Positions 50,003-61,884 of a stretch of DNA of 64,000 bases are shown in pieces. A model generated the notes under the pieces. That model did no database searches. It worked only from the letters and a program-made list of their open reading frames with translations, and was not told the DNA's origin. Position numbers and translations under genes: made by a program. Positions within the stretch are counted from its first letter, which is position 1. The number at the start of each line of letters is the position of its first letter. The DNA lies in the NCBI GenBank assembly GCA_052435735.1, contig JBQVNB010000004.1, forward strand, positions 30,541 to 94,540, read 5' to 3'. Source of the stretch: Aliihoeflea sp. (GTDB lineage Bacteria; Pseudomonadota; Alphaproteobacteria; Rhizobiales; Rhizobiaceae).

Positions 50003-50342
50003 CCACCGCTTCGCCGATGCAGGCGCGGCGCGTCAGCGAACGGTTCATCGCATCGATCTGGCCGATGGCGAGATTGCGTTGCCGTACCTCCTCGGCACGC
50101 AGATCGGGAATCAGCGGGCCGACGCCCATGAACCGCGATTCTGTTGCCGGCGTGCGCTGAACGGTCGGCGCCACGCCATATTGTGCAGCCAGCGCGTTTC
50201 GCTCGCCGATCAGTTGCGGGCAAGGCGTGTCGTCATAGCGGATCGAATTGACCACTTCCGCTTCGAGCCCTTCATTCAAGGTCGTGCAGCCGGCGGCAGC
50301 CAGAAGAGTGAAGGCGGCGACGAGTGGAACGGTCTTGTGCAT
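49995..50342 (-). CDS. hypothetical lipoprotein (115 aa)
   Basis: Track ORF 49995..50597 trimmed to MHKTVPLVAAFTLLAAAGC (lipobox). No family recognised. Confidence 0.55.
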   Translation of the reverse strand: MHKTVPLVAAFTLLAAAGCTTLNEGLEAEVVNSIRYDDTPCPQLIGERNALAAQYGVAPTVQRTPATESRFMGVGPLIPDLRAEEVRQRNLAIGQIDAMNRSLTRRACIGEAVAT

Positions 50343-50517
50343 CGGCAGGCAGGCTCTCGTGAGTTTGGCGGCATAATGCACGGAATCCGATCGCATTCCA
50401 GCTTGATGGCAGGACGGGATCGCGAATCCGCCGCATTCGATGCTAGAAGACGATATGCAGCGGATTCGGGGTGTTTCCGCACGCTCAGGACAAATGCTGG
50501 AGGGAATCTTGACTTCG

Positions 50518-51168
50518 ATGAAGCTCGCCGTCGCCGCGACGGCTCTCATTTTCGCTGCCGGGTGCACGACCGATCCGTTTACCGGTGAGCAGCGCATGTC
50601 GAATACGGCCGGCGGTGCTGCGATCGGCGCGGGCCTCGGCGCGCTCGCCGGCCTTGCCGTCGGTGGCAGCGACCGTGCTCAGCGCAACGCCGTTCTCATC
50701 GGCGCCGGTGTCGGCGCGCTCGGCGGCGGCGCCATCGGCAACTATATGGACCGGCAGGAAGACGAGTTGCGGCAGCAGCTTCAGGGCACCGGCGTATCGG
50801 TCACGCGTCAAGGCGACCAGATCATCCTCAACATGCCGTCCAACGTCACTTTCGATACCGATCAGGATCAGGTGCGCGGCGAATTCTACAACACGCTCAA
50901 TTCGGTCGCTCTTGTCCTGCGCCGCTACGAGCAGACCGTGGTGGACGTCAATGGTCACACCGATTCGACCGGCAACCCGTCCTACAATCAGGGCCTGTCG
51001 GAGCGCCGTGCGCTTTCGGTCGCGAACTATCTCAACGCGCAGGGCATCGATGGCCGTCGCTTCGCCGTCAACGGCTTCGGCGACCGCCAGCCGGTGACCT
51101 CCAACGCGACACCGGAAGGCCGCCAGCAGAACCGCCGCGTCGAAATCTACCTCGCGCCGATCACCTGA
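50518..51168 (+). CDS. OmpA-family lipoprotein (Gly-zipper + OmpA_C peptidoglycan-binding domain)
   Basis: MKLAVAATALIFAAGC lipobox, GAAIGAGLGALAGLAVGG glycine zipper, NGHTDSTGNPSYNQGLSERRALSV...NRRVEI OmpA_C motif. Alternative ATG 50494. Confidence 0.85.
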   Translation: MKLAVAATALIFAAGCTTDPFTGEQRMSNTAGGAAIGAGLGALAGLAVGGSDRAQRNAVLIGAGVGALGGGAIGNYMDRQEDELRQQLQGTGVSVTRQGDQIILNMPSNVTFDTDQDQVRGEFYNTLNSVALVLRRYEQTVVDVNGHTDSTGNPSYNQGLSERRALSVANYLNAQGIDGRRFAVNGFGDRQPVTSNATPEGRQQNRRVEIYLAPIT

Positions 51169-51188
51169 TTCTGCAAATGAACCGAAGC

Positions 51189-51217
51189 AAAAAAGCCCCG
51201 GATTTCCGGGGCTTTTT
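51189..51217. terminator. bidirectional rho-independent terminator between ompA-like and psuG
   Basis: AAAAAA-GCCCCGGA-TT-TCCGGGGC-TTTTT. Confidence 0.85.
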
Positions 51218-51223
51218 CTCTGT

Positions 51224-52135
51224 TCAGAGCGCCTTGGCGATCTTCGCCGCCAGCCGGGCGTTGTTCTCGACCAGCGCGATGTTCGTCTTGAGGCTCGCGC
51301 CATCCGTGAGTTCGAGCAGCCGGCCGAGCAGATACGGTGTCACCGCCTTGCCCGTGATGCCCTTGGGGCCAAGCTCGGCTTGCGCCTGCGCAATATGCCC
51401 GGCCATGATCTCGGCCGGAATTTCCTGGTCCTGCGGCACCGGATTGGCGATCAGCATGCCGCCGCGAAGACCGAGTTCCTGACGCGTTAGGTGGAACCCC
51501 GCGATGTCTGCCGCTTCGTCGAGCCGCAATGGAGCAGGCAGCGCAGAGCGCGACGACCAGAACGCCGGCATGACGTCCGTGCGGTAACCGACGACCGGGA
51601 CTCCGCGCGTCTCCAGCACTTCGAGCGTCTTTTCGACGTCGAGAATCGCCTTCGCGCCGGCCGAGACCACGATGACCGGCGTGCGTGCCAGTCCGTCGAG
51701 ATCGGCCGAAATGTCGAAGCTCGTCTCGGCGCCCTTGTGGACGCCGCCGATGCCGCCCGTCGCAAAGACCTGGATGCCGGCGAGTTCAGCCGCGATCATC
51801 GTCGCGGCGACCGTGGTGCCCCCTGTCTTCTTCTGCGCCACGGCAAAGGCAAGGTCGGCACGCGAGAGCTTCATCACGTCCTTTGCCTGCGCGAGGGCGT
51901 GGCGCTCGGCGTCGGTCAGTCCGATCTTGATTCGCCCGTCGACGATGGCGATCGTCGCCGGAACGGCGCCTTCCTCACGAATGATCGCCTCCACGCGCGC
52001 AGCCATTTCGCCGTTCTGCGGGTAGGGCATGCCATGGGTGATGATCGTGCTTTCGAGCGCGACGATCGGCTTGCCGGCATGCTTTGCGGCGGCGACTTCC
52101 GTGGAATAGTCGAGATAGGCTTGGCTTGGCGTCAT
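51224..52135 (-). CDS. psuG: pseudouridine-5'-phosphate glycosidase
   Basis: VALESTIITHGMPYPQN, GGIGGVHKGAETSFDISADL. 303 aa. Confidence 0.9.
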   Translation of the reverse strand: MTPSQAYLDYSTEVAAAKHAGKPIVALESTIITHGMPYPQNGEMAARVEAIIREEGAVPATIAIVDGRIKIGLTDAERHALAQAKDVMKLSRADLAFAVAQKKTGGTTVAATMIAAELAGIQVFATGGIGGVHKGAETSFDISADLDGLARTPVIVVSAGAKAILDVEKTLEVLETRGVPVVGYRTDVMPAFWSSRSALPAPLRLDEAADIAGFHLTRQELGLRGGMLIANPVPQDQEIPAEIMAGHIAQAQAELGPKGITGKAVTPYLLGRLLELTDGASLKTNIALVENNARLAAKIAKAL

Positions 52136-52136
52136 G

Positions 52137-53078
52137 TCAGGCTCCGATGACTTCCGGCACGTCGGCCAGGCGTTTCAGCAATTCGGCCTCGTCGAAATCC
52201 GCGACGACGGTTTCGCTCTCGATCGTCAGCGACGCGGCGGCGATGCCATGGCGCACCGCTTGGTGGAAGTCCAGCCCTTGTAGCATGCGCGCCAGCGTCA
52301 CGCCGGCCAGCGCATCGCCGGCGCCGGTGACGTCGCGCACGTTCCTCACTTCGGGCGGCGTCAGCTTCGCAAGGCGACCTGCGTCAAGCAAGAGGAGCCC
52401 GCCGCTCCCGGCGGTGATGACGGCACGCGCAAGCCCCTTCTCGGAAAGCGCACGGCCCAGTGTTTCGTCGGGTGCGCCGGCGCCAAGCCCGCTGAGCGCG
52501 CATGCCTCGTTCCGGTTCATGAACAGCATCGACAGCGATTTGAGGATCGGTTCCAGCCGCTGAATTTTGGCCGGCGAGACACCGATCGCAAAAAGGGGCA
52601 GCGCCCTAATCGACCCGGCAAGCCGCTCGAGCGCCGGCTGCGGCAGGTTGGCATCGGTCAAAATGCCATCCGTACCGCTGATGGCATCGCGGAAGGGATG
52701 CCTGCGCAATTGCTTGTCGAAGGCCTGCTCGTAAAGCGCCATGTCGGCAAAGCCGCAAACGAGTTCGCCCGTTTCTTCGAGGATTGCGGTGTAGCTCGGC
52801 GTCGAGCGGTCCAGAAATGTCGCGGAAATGTCGCTGATGCCGGCGGCGATGATCGCATGCTCGACCATCTGCCCGGCGGCATCGCCGCCGCGAACCGACA
52901 GCATTGCCCCTTGCGCGCCGACGCGACAGGCGTTGCGCAGCGCGTTGAATGCGCCGCCGCCGACCTCCTCGCGCATCGCGCCGGGATTGGACGCACCCGG
53001 ACGGTACGGGCCTGAGACGACACCACGCCGGTCGATATGAGCGCCGCCCACGGCAAGAATCGAACATCGCCCGATCAT
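52137..53078 (-). CDS. psuK: PfkB-family carbohydrate kinase (pseudouridine kinase-like)
   Basis: Track ORF trimmed to [18 protein letters not shown]-terminal [11 protein letters not shown] PfkB signature. Directly upstream of psuG. Confidence 0.75.
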   Translation of the reverse strand: MIGRCSILAVGGAHIDRRGVVSGPYRPGASNPGAMREEVGGGAFNALRNACRVGAQGAMLSVRGGDAAGQMVEHAIIAAGISDISATFLDRSTPSYTAILEETGELVCGFADMALYEQAFDKQLRRHPFRDAISGTDGILTDANLPQPALERLAGSIRALPLFAIGVSPAKIQRLEPILKSLSMLFMNRNEACALSGLGAGAPDETLGRALSEKGLARAVITAGSGGLLLLDAGRLAKLTPPEVRNVRDVTGAGDALAGVTLARMLQGLDFHQAVRHGIAAASLTIESETVVADFDEAELLKRLADVPEVIGA

Positions 53079-53146
53079 GGCGCCACCCGCGCGCCGGCCG
53101 TTGGAATCGCGCGGCCGAGACGGCCGACGACCTTGCGGAAGAAGGA

Positions 53147-53161
53147 GAACATATTTCGAAC
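53147..53161. promoter_or_regulatory. alphaproteobacterial SOS (LexA) box GAAC-N7-GAAC
   Basis: GAACATATTTCGAAC in the psuK/recA divergent intergenic region, 125 bp upstream of the recA ATG. Confidence 0.75.
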
Positions 53162-53213
53162 CTGTGCGACTAAATCCATATATTCCAGTGGCTTGACCCC
53201 ACTTGCAAAAAGG

Positions 53214-53228
53214 GAACAAAAAAGGTAC
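53214..53228. promoter_or_regulatory. second, imperfect SOS box GAAC-N7-GTAC
   Basis: GAACAAAAAAGGTAC, 58 bp upstream of the recA ATG. Confidence 0.6.
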
Positions 53229-53285
53229 AAAAATCTACGGGACACGGAACTGTCCATCTTCGCTGACCAGCACGGGGTATGTATC

Positions 53286-54386
<1,101 letters not shown>

Positions 54387-54410
54387 ATCCGGGCGGTCGC
54401 GTTGACGAAG

Positions 54411-54440
54411 AAGGCCGTCGGATGTTCCGGCGGCCTTTTT
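54411..54440 (+). terminator. rho-independent terminator after recA
   Basis: AAGGCCGTCGG-ATGTT-CCGGCGGCCTT hairpin (one mismatch) followed by a T run. Confidence 0.8.
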
Positions 54441-54581
54441 CATTCGTATTTTGGAGGAACCGCCGTCGCTTCGCGCAATCGGCCTGGCGTTCGGTGCTGA
54501 TTTCTGGACAGCCCAATTGCCTGACGCTAAAAGGCGTTCTTTCCCCGTTTCCGCGGGCAGTCAGCACGTAAAGGTTCGCAG

Positions 54582-57242
54582 ATGAGTGGCGTCAACGAAA
54601 TCCGATCGACCTTCCTCGACTATTTTCGGAAGAACGGTCACGAGGCGGTTGCGTCGAGCCCGCTCGTCCCGCGCAACGATCCGACGCTGATGTTCACCAA
54701 TGCGGGCATGGTCCAGTTCAAGAACGTCTTCACCGGGCTTGAGACGCGCCCCTATTCGCGCGCGGCGACGGCGCAGAAGTGCGTGCGTGCCGGCGGCAAG
54801 CACAACGATCTCGACAATGTCGGGTACACCGCGCGCCATCACACCTTCTTCGAGATGCTGGGCAATTTCTCGTTCGGAGACTACTTCAAGGAAGAGGCGA
54901 TCACGCTCGCCTGGAACCTGATCACAAGGGAATACGGTATCGACCCGACGCGTCTGGTCGTGACCGTCTACCACACGGACGACGAAGCGGCCGCGCACTG
55001 GAAGAAGATCGCCGGGCTTGGCGACGACCGCATCATCCGCATCGCGACGAGCGACAATTTCTGGGCCATGGGCGATACCGGCCCCTGCGGCCCGTGTTCC
55101 GAGATTTTCTACGACCACGGCGAAGGCATTTCTGGCGGCCCTCCCGGCAGCCCGGATGAGGATGGCGACCGCTTCATCGAGATCTGGAACCTCGTCTTCA
55201 TGCAGTACGAGCAGATTTCGAAGGAACAGCGTATCGATCTGCCGCGTCCCTCGATCGACACCGGCATGGGGCTGGAGCGCATCGCGGCCGTGCTTCAGGG
55301 CGTTCACGACAATTACGACATCGACCTCTTCAAGGCCCTGATCCGCGCTTCCGAAGAAGCGACGGGCGTCAAGGCCGAAGGCAAGAACCGCGCGAGCCAC
55401 CGGGTCATCGCCGACCATCTGCGCGCCGCGAGCTTCCTCATCGCCGACGGCGTCCTGCCGTCGAACGAGGGCCGTGGCTATGTCCTGCGCCGCATCATGC
55501 GCCGCGCGATGCGGCACGCGCAGCTTCTGGGCGCAGCCGATCCGCTGATGTGGCGCCTCGTGCCAGCGCTCGTGCGCGAGATGGGCCAGGCCTATCCCGA
55601 ACTCGTGCGCGGACAGGCGCTCATCACCGAGACGCTGAAGCTCGAGGAATCGCGCTTCCGCAAGACGCTCGCGCGCGGCCTTGGCCTCCTGTCTGATGCG
55701 ACCGAAAAGCTCGGCGAGGGCGACCGCCTCGATGGCGAGATGGCTTTCAAGCTCTACGACACCTACGGCTTCCCGCTCGACCTGACGCAGGACGCGCTGC
55801 GCCAGCGCGGCATTTCCGTCGACACCGACGCGTTTTCCGCGGCGATGGAGCGGCAGAAGGCCGAGGCGCGCGCCAATTGGACAGGCTCCGGCGAAGCGGC
55901 GACCGAAACCGTCTGGTTCGGCATCCGCGACAAGGTCGGCGCGAGCGAATTCCTCGGCTATGAGACCGAAGCGGCCGAAGGCGTCATCGCCGCGATCGTC
56001 AAGGGCGGCACGCAGGCAGAAGGTGCTTCCGATGGCGAAGACGTCGCGATCGTCCTCAACCAGACGCCATTCTACGGCGAATCCGGCGGCCAGGTGGGCG
56101 ATACAGGCCGAATTCTCGGCGAAGGCTTCGCAATCGACGTCACCGACACGCAGAAGAAGGCCGACGGCCTGTTCGTCCATTTCGGACGCGTCGCGTCGGG
56201 TACGGTGAAAATCGGCGCTCCCGTCGAGCTCAAGGTCGACGCCGCGCGCCGCGCCCGCATCCGCCGCAATCATTCAGCAACCCATCTCGTCCACGAGGCG
56301 TTGCGCGAAGTGCTCGGCACGCACGTTGCGCAGAAGGGTTCGCTCGTCGCGCCTGACCGCCTGCGCTTCGATTTTTCGCATCCCAAGCCGATCGCGCCCG
56401 AAGAGCTTGCGCGGGTCGAGGAACTCGCCAACGAGATCGTACTGCAGAATGCTCCCGTATCTACGCGGCTGATGGCCGTTGACGACGCGATCGCAGAAGG
56501 CGCCATGGCGCTCTTCGGCGAAAAGTATGGCGACGAGGTCCGCGTCGTGTCGATGGGTACGGCGCTTCATGGCGACAAAGCCGGCAAGAGCTATTCGACC
56601 GAGCTTTGCGGCGGAACGCATGTCGCCGCTACCGGCGATATCGGCATCGTGCGTCTTCTGGCCGAAGGCGCCGTGGCATCGGGCGTCCGCCGCATCGAGG
56701 CGCTGACGGGCGAAGCCGCGCGGCAACATCTCGACGAACAGGACAAGCGCCTGAAAGCGGCAGCCTCCGCGCTGAAGGTCGCGCCGGCGGATGTCGTCAC
56801 TCGCCTCGAAGCCGTTCTCGACGAGCGCAAGAAGCTCGAGCGCGAACTTGCCGACGCCCGCAAGAAACTGGCGCTCGGCGGCGGCGCGGGTCCGGCTGGC
56901 GGGCAGGAAGCCGAGACCGTGGCCGGCGTCGGCTTCCTCGGCCGCGTCGTCTCGGGCGTGTCGGCCAAGGATTTGAAGCCGCTGGCAGACGAGGGCAAGT
57001 CGTCAGTCGGGTCCGGCATCGTCGTCTTCGTCGGCACGGATGATGGCAAGGCGAGCATCGTCGTCGGCGTCACCAGCGATCTGACCGGTCGCTACAGTGC
57101 AGTCGATCTCGTTCGTGCCGCCTCCGCCGCTATCGGCGGGAAGGGTGGAGGCGGCCGGCCAGACATGGCACAGGCCGGCGGCCCAGACGCAGCCAATGCG
57201 GATGCGGCCATCGCCGCGGTTCGCGAAGCGCTCGTCAGCTGA
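54582..57242 (+). CDS. alaS: alanine--tRNA ligase
   Basis: 886 aa. [23 protein letters not shown], editing-domain HSATHL, C-terminal DHHA1-like [15 protein letters not shown]. Confidence 0.97.
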   Translation: MSGVNEIRSTFLDYFRKNGHEAVASSPLVPRNDPTLMFTNAGMVQFKNVFTGLETRPYSRAATAQKCVRAGGKHNDLDNVGYTARHHTFFEMLGNFSFGDYFKEEAITLAWNLITREYGIDPTRLVVTVYHTDDEAAAHWKKIAGLGDDRIIRIATSDNFWAMGDTGPCGPCSEIFYDHGEGISGGPPGSPDEDGDRFIEIWNLVFMQYEQISKEQRIDLPRPSIDTGMGLERIAAVLQGVHDNYDIDLFKALIRASEEATGVKAEGKNRASHRVIADHLRAASFLIADGVLPSNEGRGYVLRRIMRRAMRHAQLLGAADPLMWRLVPALVREMGQAYPELVRGQALITETLKLEESRFRKTLARGLGLLSDATEKLGEGDRLDGEMAFKLYDTYGFPLDLTQDALRQRGISVDTDAFSAAMERQKAEARANWTGSGEAATETVWFGIRDKVGASEFLGYETEAAEGVIAAIVKGGTQAEGASDGEDVAIVLNQTPFYGESGGQVGDTGRILGEGFAIDVTDTQKKADGLFVHFGRVASGTVKIGAPVELKVDAARRARIRRNHSATHLVHEALREVLGTHVAQKGSLVAPDRLRFDFSHPKPIAPEELARVEELANEIVLQNAPVSTRLMAVDDAIAEGAMALFGEKYGDEVRVVSMGTALHGDKAGKSYSTELCGGTHVAATGDIGIVRLLAEGAVASGVRRIEALTGEAARQHLDEQDKRLKAAASALKVAPADVVTRLEAVLDERKKLERELADARKKLALGGGAGPAGGQEAETVAGVGFLGRVVSGVSAKDLKPLADEGKSSVGSGIVVFVGTDDGKASIVVGVTSDLTGRYSAVDLVRAASAAIGGKGGGGRPDMAQAGGPDAANADAAIAAVREALVS

Positions 57243-57261
57243 TTTTCGCCAGCGCACAATG

Positions 57262-57290
57262 AAAAAAGCCGCGGCAATGCCGCGGCTTCG
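57262..57290. terminator. bidirectional terminator between alaS and the PRC-barrel gene
   Basis: AAAAAAGCCGCGG-CAATG-CCGCGGCTT. The T run is strong on the minus strand and weak on the plus strand. Confidence 0.75.
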
Positions 57291-57311
57291 TCACTTTAAG
57301 TGTGGCCTTGC

Positions 57312-57674
57312 TTAGTCGTTCCAGACTTCCATCGAACCGACCGCGGCAGCATCGGCATTGAGCACGAGCTGATTGTTTTCCCAGGCGAACTGGTCGAGCG
57401 GGATCACCATGTCCTGGTCGGCAAAGCCGCCATTGCCTTCGAAGTCGACGACCAGCGCGGTCGCGGTGCCGGCTTCCGTACCGACCACCTCTTCGACTTC
57501 GCCGACCTTTTCGCCGCCGGCATAGACGTCCCAGTCGTCGATCTGGTCGACCGTGGCGTTGAACGCGGAAACCTGGACGTTGTCTTCGATCTCGACCCAT
57601 GCCGTCTGGGCGAAGGCGGAGCCGGCGAGAAGGGCGGACGAGACGAAGGCGAGGGTAACGGTCTTGGCGAACAT
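57312..57674 (-). CDS. PRC-barrel domain secreted protein
   Basis: MFAKTVTLAFVSSALLAGSAFA signal peptide, then an acidic beta-rich domain resembling PRC-barrel proteins (GEKVGEVEEVV). Confidence 0.6.
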   Translation of the reverse strand: MFAKTVTLAFVSSALLAGSAFAQTAWVEIEDNVQVSAFNATVDQIDDWDVYAGGEKVGEVEEVVGTEAGTATALVVDFEGNGGFADQDMVIPLDQFAWENNQLVLNADAAAVGSMEVWND

Positions 57675-57748
57675 GGATTTACTCCTTGGCATTGATACTC
57701 GCCCTCAATGCGCGAGGGGCAGATTGGTTCGCCTGGCAGGTGTGCGAC

Positions 57749-57778
57749 AAAAGAAAAGGGCGGCCCTGAAGCCGCCCC
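57749..57778 (-). terminator. rho-independent terminator after icd
   Basis: On the minus strand: GGGCGGC-TTCAGG-GCCGCCC followed by TTTTCTTTT. Confidence 0.8.
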
Positions 57779-57805
57779 GTTCGCTTAGCCTTGGAAAACT
57801 GACCT

Positions 57806-59020
57806 TTAGGCCACCATCGCCTTCTGCAGGTTCTCGTCGACCTTGTCGAGGAAGCCGGACGTCGAGAGCCAAGGCTGGTCGGCGCCGATCAGAAGTGCCA
57901 GATCCTTGGTCATGTGGCCGGATTCGACGGTCTCGATGCACACGCGCTCCAGCGTCTCGGCGAAGTTCTTCAGTTCGGTATTGTCGTCGAGCTTGGCGCG
58001 GTGCGCGAGGCCGCGCGTCCAGGCGAAGATCGACGCGATCGAGTTGGTCGAGGTCTCCTGACCCTTCTCGTGCTGGCGGAAGTGACGCGTGACCGTGCCG
58101 TGCGCAGCTTCGGCCTCGACCGTCTGGCCGTCCGGCGTCATCAGGACCGAGGTCATCAGGCCGAGCGAGCCGAAGCCCTGCGCGACCGTGTCCGACTGGA
58201 CGTCGCCGTCATAGTTCTTGCAGGCCCAGACATAGCCGCCCGACCACTTCAGCGAAGCCGCGACCATGTCGTCGATCAGGCGGTGCTCGTAGGTGATCTT
58301 CTTTTCCTTGAACTTCTCCAGGAACTCGGTCTCGTAGACCTCCTGGAAGATATCTTTGAAGCGGCCGTCATAGGCCTTGAGGATCGTGTTCTTGGTCGAA
58401 AGGTAAACCGGATAGCCGCGCAGCAGGCCGTAGTTCAGCGAGGCGCGCGCGAATTCGCGGATCGAATCGTCGAGATTGTACATCGCCATCGCGACGCCCG
58501 AGCCCGGTGCGTCGAAGACTTCGTGCTCGATGACCTGGCCGTCCTCGCCGACGAACCTGATCGTCAGCTTGCCGGCGCCGGGGAACTTGAAATCAGTGGC
58601 GCGGTACTGGTCGCCGAAGGCGTGACGGCCGACGATGATCGGCTGCGTCCAGCCCGGAACGAGGCGCGGGACGTTCTTCATGATGATCGGCTCGCGGAAG
58701 AGGGTGCCGCCGAGAATGTTGCGGATCGTGCCGTTCGGCGAACGCCACATCTTCTTGAGGCCGAATTCCTCGACGCGGGCCTCGTCCGGCGTGATCGTGG
58801 CGCATTTGACGCCGACGCCGTACTTCTTGATCGCTTCGGCCGCATCGATCGTGATCTGGTCGTCGGTCGCGTCGCGGCTTTCCATGCCGAGGTCGTAATA
58901 TTTCAGGTCGATATCAAGGTAGGGGTGGATCAGCTTGTCCTTGATGAACTGCCAGATGATCCGTGTCATCTCGTCGCCGTCGAGTTCGACGACCGGATTT
59001 GCCACCTTGATCTTCGCCAT
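57806..59020 (-). CDS. icd: NADP-dependent isocitrate dehydrogenase (eukaryote-like homodimeric type)
   Basis: [41 protein letters not shown]. 404 aa. Confidence 0.95.
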   Translation of the reverse strand: MAKIKVANPVVELDGDEMTRIIWQFIKDKLIHPYLDIDLKYYDLGMESRDATDDQITIDAAEAIKKYGVGVKCATITPDEARVEEFGLKKMWRSPNGTIRNILGGTLFREPIIMKNVPRLVPGWTQPIIVGRHAFGDQYRATDFKFPGAGKLTIRFVGEDGQVIEHEVFDAPGSGVAMAMYNLDDSIREFARASLNYGLLRGYPVYLSTKNTILKAYDGRFKDIFQEVYETEFLEKFKEKKITYEHRLIDDMVAASLKWSGGYVWACKNYDGDVQSDTVAQGFGSLGLMTSVLMTPDGQTVEAEAAHGTVTRHFRQHEKGQETSTNSIASIFAWTRGLAHRAKLDDNTELKNFAETLERVCIETVESGHMTKDLALLIGADQPWLSTSGFLDKVDENLQKAMVA

Positions 59021-59161
59021 GAGAAATGCCTCGCTGTCTGTTGGGAGAAGGCGCGACCTGAAACGGCCGCGCCCGGGAATTTGCGGCCCCTATAGCATTG
59101 TGCGCCCGGAAGGCAAAGCCGACGGGATACAGGGCTTTGGACGTAGCGCGAGGAGGTCAGG

Positions 59162-60058
59162 ATGAGCGTCGACGCTCGATTTTTCAGCTTCGATACCGGG
59201 CAGGTTTCCCTGAACGTCGCCGAGATGGGGGAGCGTGGCAAACCGCTGATCGTCTGCCTGCATGGCTTCCCCGAATATTGGGCGGCATGGGAAGGCGTGA
59301 TGAGCGCGCTTGCCGGCGACTTCCACCTCGTCGCGCCCGACCAGCGCGGTTTCAACCTTTCCGACAAGCCGCAGGGCGTGGACGCCTATCGATCGAAACA
59401 CGTCGTCGCCGATCTTGCGGCGCTCGCCGATCATTTGTCGCCCGGCTGGCCCTTCGTGCTCGCCGGCCACGACTGGGGCGCGTCGATCGCCTATGCGTAC
59501 GCGTTCTCGCATCCCGACCGCCTGTCGCATCTCGTCATTGCGAATGGCGTGCACCCGGCGCTGTTCCAGCGCGCGATCTCCGATGATCCGGAGCAAAGAC
59601 GCGCCAGCCAATATATGAACCGCCTGCGGGCCGATGGCGCCGAAGCACGCATGGCCGAGGACGAATATCGCCGTACATTCAACATGCTGTCGGGATTTTC
59701 GAAGACGGGCTGGATGACCGGCGAGGAGCGCGCGAGGTATCTGGCGGCATGGAGCCGGCCGGGTGCGATGACGGGCATGCTCAACTGGTACCGTGCCTCG
59801 CCGATCGCGGTTCCGGGCGTCGGCGAGCCGGCAATCCCGTCGCCGATCGACGACATGCCGCGCGAAACCTTTCTCGTCCGCATGCCGCATCTGCTTCTCT
59901 GGGGCGAGGCGGACGAGGCGTTGCGGCCGGCGACGATCGACGGCCTTGGCGACTATGCACCGCAATTGACCGTCAAGCGCTTTGCCGACAGCGGACACTG
60001 GATATTGCACGAGCAGCCGGACGCCGTGGCCGGCGCCATCCGCGACTTCGTCCGCTGA
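59162..60058 (+). CDS. alpha/beta-fold hydrolase (epoxide hydrolase / haloalkane dehalogenase-like)
   Basis: LHGFPEYWAAW, nucleophile elbow AGHDWGA, C-terminal SGHWILHEQP. Confidence 0.82.
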   Translation: MSVDARFFSFDTGQVSLNVAEMGERGKPLIVCLHGFPEYWAAWEGVMSALAGDFHLVAPDQRGFNLSDKPQGVDAYRSKHVVADLAALADHLSPGWPFVLAGHDWGASIAYAYAFSHPDRLSHLVIANGVHPALFQRAISDDPEQRRASQYMNRLRADGAEARMAEDEYRRTFNMLSGFSKTGWMTGEERARYLAAWSRPGAMTGMLNWYRASPIAVPGVGEPAIPSPIDDMPRETFLVRMPHLLLWGEADEALRPATIDGLGDYAPQLTVKRFADSGHWILHEQPDAVAGAIRDFVR

Positions 60059-60121
60059 CCCCTGTTCCGTTTTTTCCGCGCCTGTGCCAGTTGTGATTCC
60101 ACATTCATCGACGGAAACGAC

Positions 60122-60961
60122 ATGGCAGGCACCGACCGCGACCGCTCGCTCATCCAGGAAGGCCCGGCGATCATCCTCGTCGAGCCTCAGCTTGGCGAGA
60201 ATATCGGCATGGTCGCGCGCGCCATGGCGAATTTCGGGTTGGCCGAGCTGCGCCTCGTCAACCCGCGCGACGGCTGGCCGAGCGAGAAGGCGCGCGCCGC
60301 CGCCTCGAAGGCCGACCACGTCATCGACAAGGTCCGCGTCTTCGACACGTTGGCCGAGGCGATTGCCGATCTGAACTACGTGCTCGCGACGACTGCGCGG
60401 CAGCGCGACGGTTTCAAGCCGGTCCGTGGTCCGGTGTCGGCGGCAGGCGAACTGCGCCGCAGGTTCGGCGCGGGCGAGGGGATCGGCATCCTCTTCGGGC
60501 GCGAACGCTTCGGCCTCGACAATGAGGAGGTGGCGCTGGCCGACGAGATCGTCACCTTCCCGGTCAATCCCGCCTTCGCCTCGCTCAACATCGCGCAGGC
60601 GGTTCTGCTGATGTCCTATGAATGGATGAAGAGCGGTGCGGAAACCGAGCAGGTGCCGTTTTCCGGCCCCGTCATCGAGCAGGCGCCGAAGGCGATCTTC
60701 GCCGGCTTCTTCGACCATCTGGAATCGGCGCTCGACGCGCGCGGCTATTTCCGCCCTACCGCCAAAAAACCGCGCATGGTCGACGCGTTGCGTGCTGTGC
60801 TGACCCGCCCCGGCTTCAGCGTCGCCGAGATCAAGGCGCTGCGCGGCGTCCTGAATTCGCTCGACTATTACTCTCCGAAAGAACCACGCGGCGCAGGTTA
60901 CTCCAAGCGCAAGGCCGAGGCCGATGCGCACGGTCGCGAGCCGGGAGACGCGGATGGCTGA
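60122..60961 (+). CDS. SpoU/TrmH-family RNA 2'-O-methyltransferase (TrmJ-like)
   Basis: [46 protein letters not shown] motifs. Confidence 0.82.
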   Translation: MAGTDRDRSLIQEGPAIILVEPQLGENIGMVARAMANFGLAELRLVNPRDGWPSEKARAAASKADHVIDKVRVFDTLAEAIADLNYVLATTARQRDGFKPVRGPVSAAGELRRRFGAGEGIGILFGRERFGLDNEEVALADEIVTFPVNPAFASLNIAQAVLLMSYEWMKSGAETEQVPFSGPVIEQAPKAIFAGFFDHLESALDARGYFRPTAKKPRMVDALRAVLTRPGFSVAEIKALRGVLNSLDYYSPKEPRGAGYSKRKAEADAHGREPGDADG

Positions 60962-61754
60962 CCGGCCGATCATCCTGTTCGATTCGGGCATCGGCGGCCT
61001 CACCGTCCTGCGCGAAGCGCGCGTTTTGATGCCCGACCGGCGCTTCGTCTATGTCGCCGACGACGCGGCGTTTCCTTACGGCGACTGGGAGGAAGAGGCG
61101 CTGAAGGCGCGCATCGTCGAACTCGCCGGCAAACTCATCGCCGAGCACGATCCGCTCGTCTTCGCCATTCCCTGCAACACCGCCTCGACGCTGGTGCTTG
61201 AGGATCTGCGCGCCTCCTATCCGTCGACGCCCTTCGTCGGCACCGTCCCCGCGATCAAGCCGGCGGCCGAGCGAACCCATACTGGCCTCATTTCGGTTCT
61301 GGCGACGCCCGGCACGGTCAAGCGCGCCTATACGCGCAACTTGATCCAGTCCTTCGCGACCAAGTGCCACGTCCGGCTCGTCGGCAGCCAATCGCTCGCC
61401 CGCTTTGCCGAACAGCACATTCGCGGCGAAACCATCGACATGGAGGCGATCCGCGCGGAGATCGAGCCGTGCTTCATCGAGCAGGACGGTCGGCGCACCG
61501 ACATCGTCGTACTGGCGTGCACGCATTATCCCTTTTTGGCGAACGTGTTCCGGCGGCTGGCACCATGGCCGGTCGACTGGCTCGACCCGGCCGAGGCGAT
61601 CGCGCGGCGCGTTCTGGCGCTGCTCGAAAACAGTCCGGCAGGTGCCGGTGGGCGCGACGTTCCCGACCGTGCGATCTTCACCTCGGGCAGGGCGGATTTT
61701 GCGATCGACCGGCTGATGCAGGGTTTCGGCCTGCAATCGACGCTGCGACCTTGA
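60954..61754 (+). CDS. murI: glutamate racemase
   Basis: Track ORF trimmed to [26 protein letters not shown] and LACTHYP catalytic Cys motifs. 8-nt overlap with the preceding gene. Confidence 0.92.
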   Translation: MADRPIILFDSGIGGLTVLREARVLMPDRRFVYVADDAAFPYGDWEEEALKARIVELAGKLIAEHDPLVFAIPCNTASTLVLEDLRASYPSTPFVGTVPAIKPAAERTHTGLISVLATPGTVKRAYTRNLIQSFATKCHVRLVGSQSLARFAEQHIRGETIDMEAIRAEIEPCFIEQDGRRTDIVVLACTHYPFLANVFRRLAPWPVDWLDPAEAIARRVLALLENSPAGAGGRDVPDRAIFTSGRADFAIDRLMQGFGLQSTLRP

Positions 61755-61884
61755 AAGAACGGGTATGCGCCAGCCATATAGGGCGTGGCCATATAGGACT
61801 TGGAATGGCGGCTGAAGCCGTGTATTGAGCCGCGTCGCCCCGCGTAACCTTTCGCGGGAGAGAACAGATCACCCGGATTTCCTT

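Noticed and set aside
50425-50470. Imperfect 11-bp inverted repeat (GAATCCGCCGC ... GCAGCGGATTC) between the small lipoprotein gene and the ompA-like gene.
   Set aside because: It has one mismatch, a 22-nt loop and no T run. It probably lies within the divergent promoter region, and the evidence is too weak to call an sRNA, terminator or operator.
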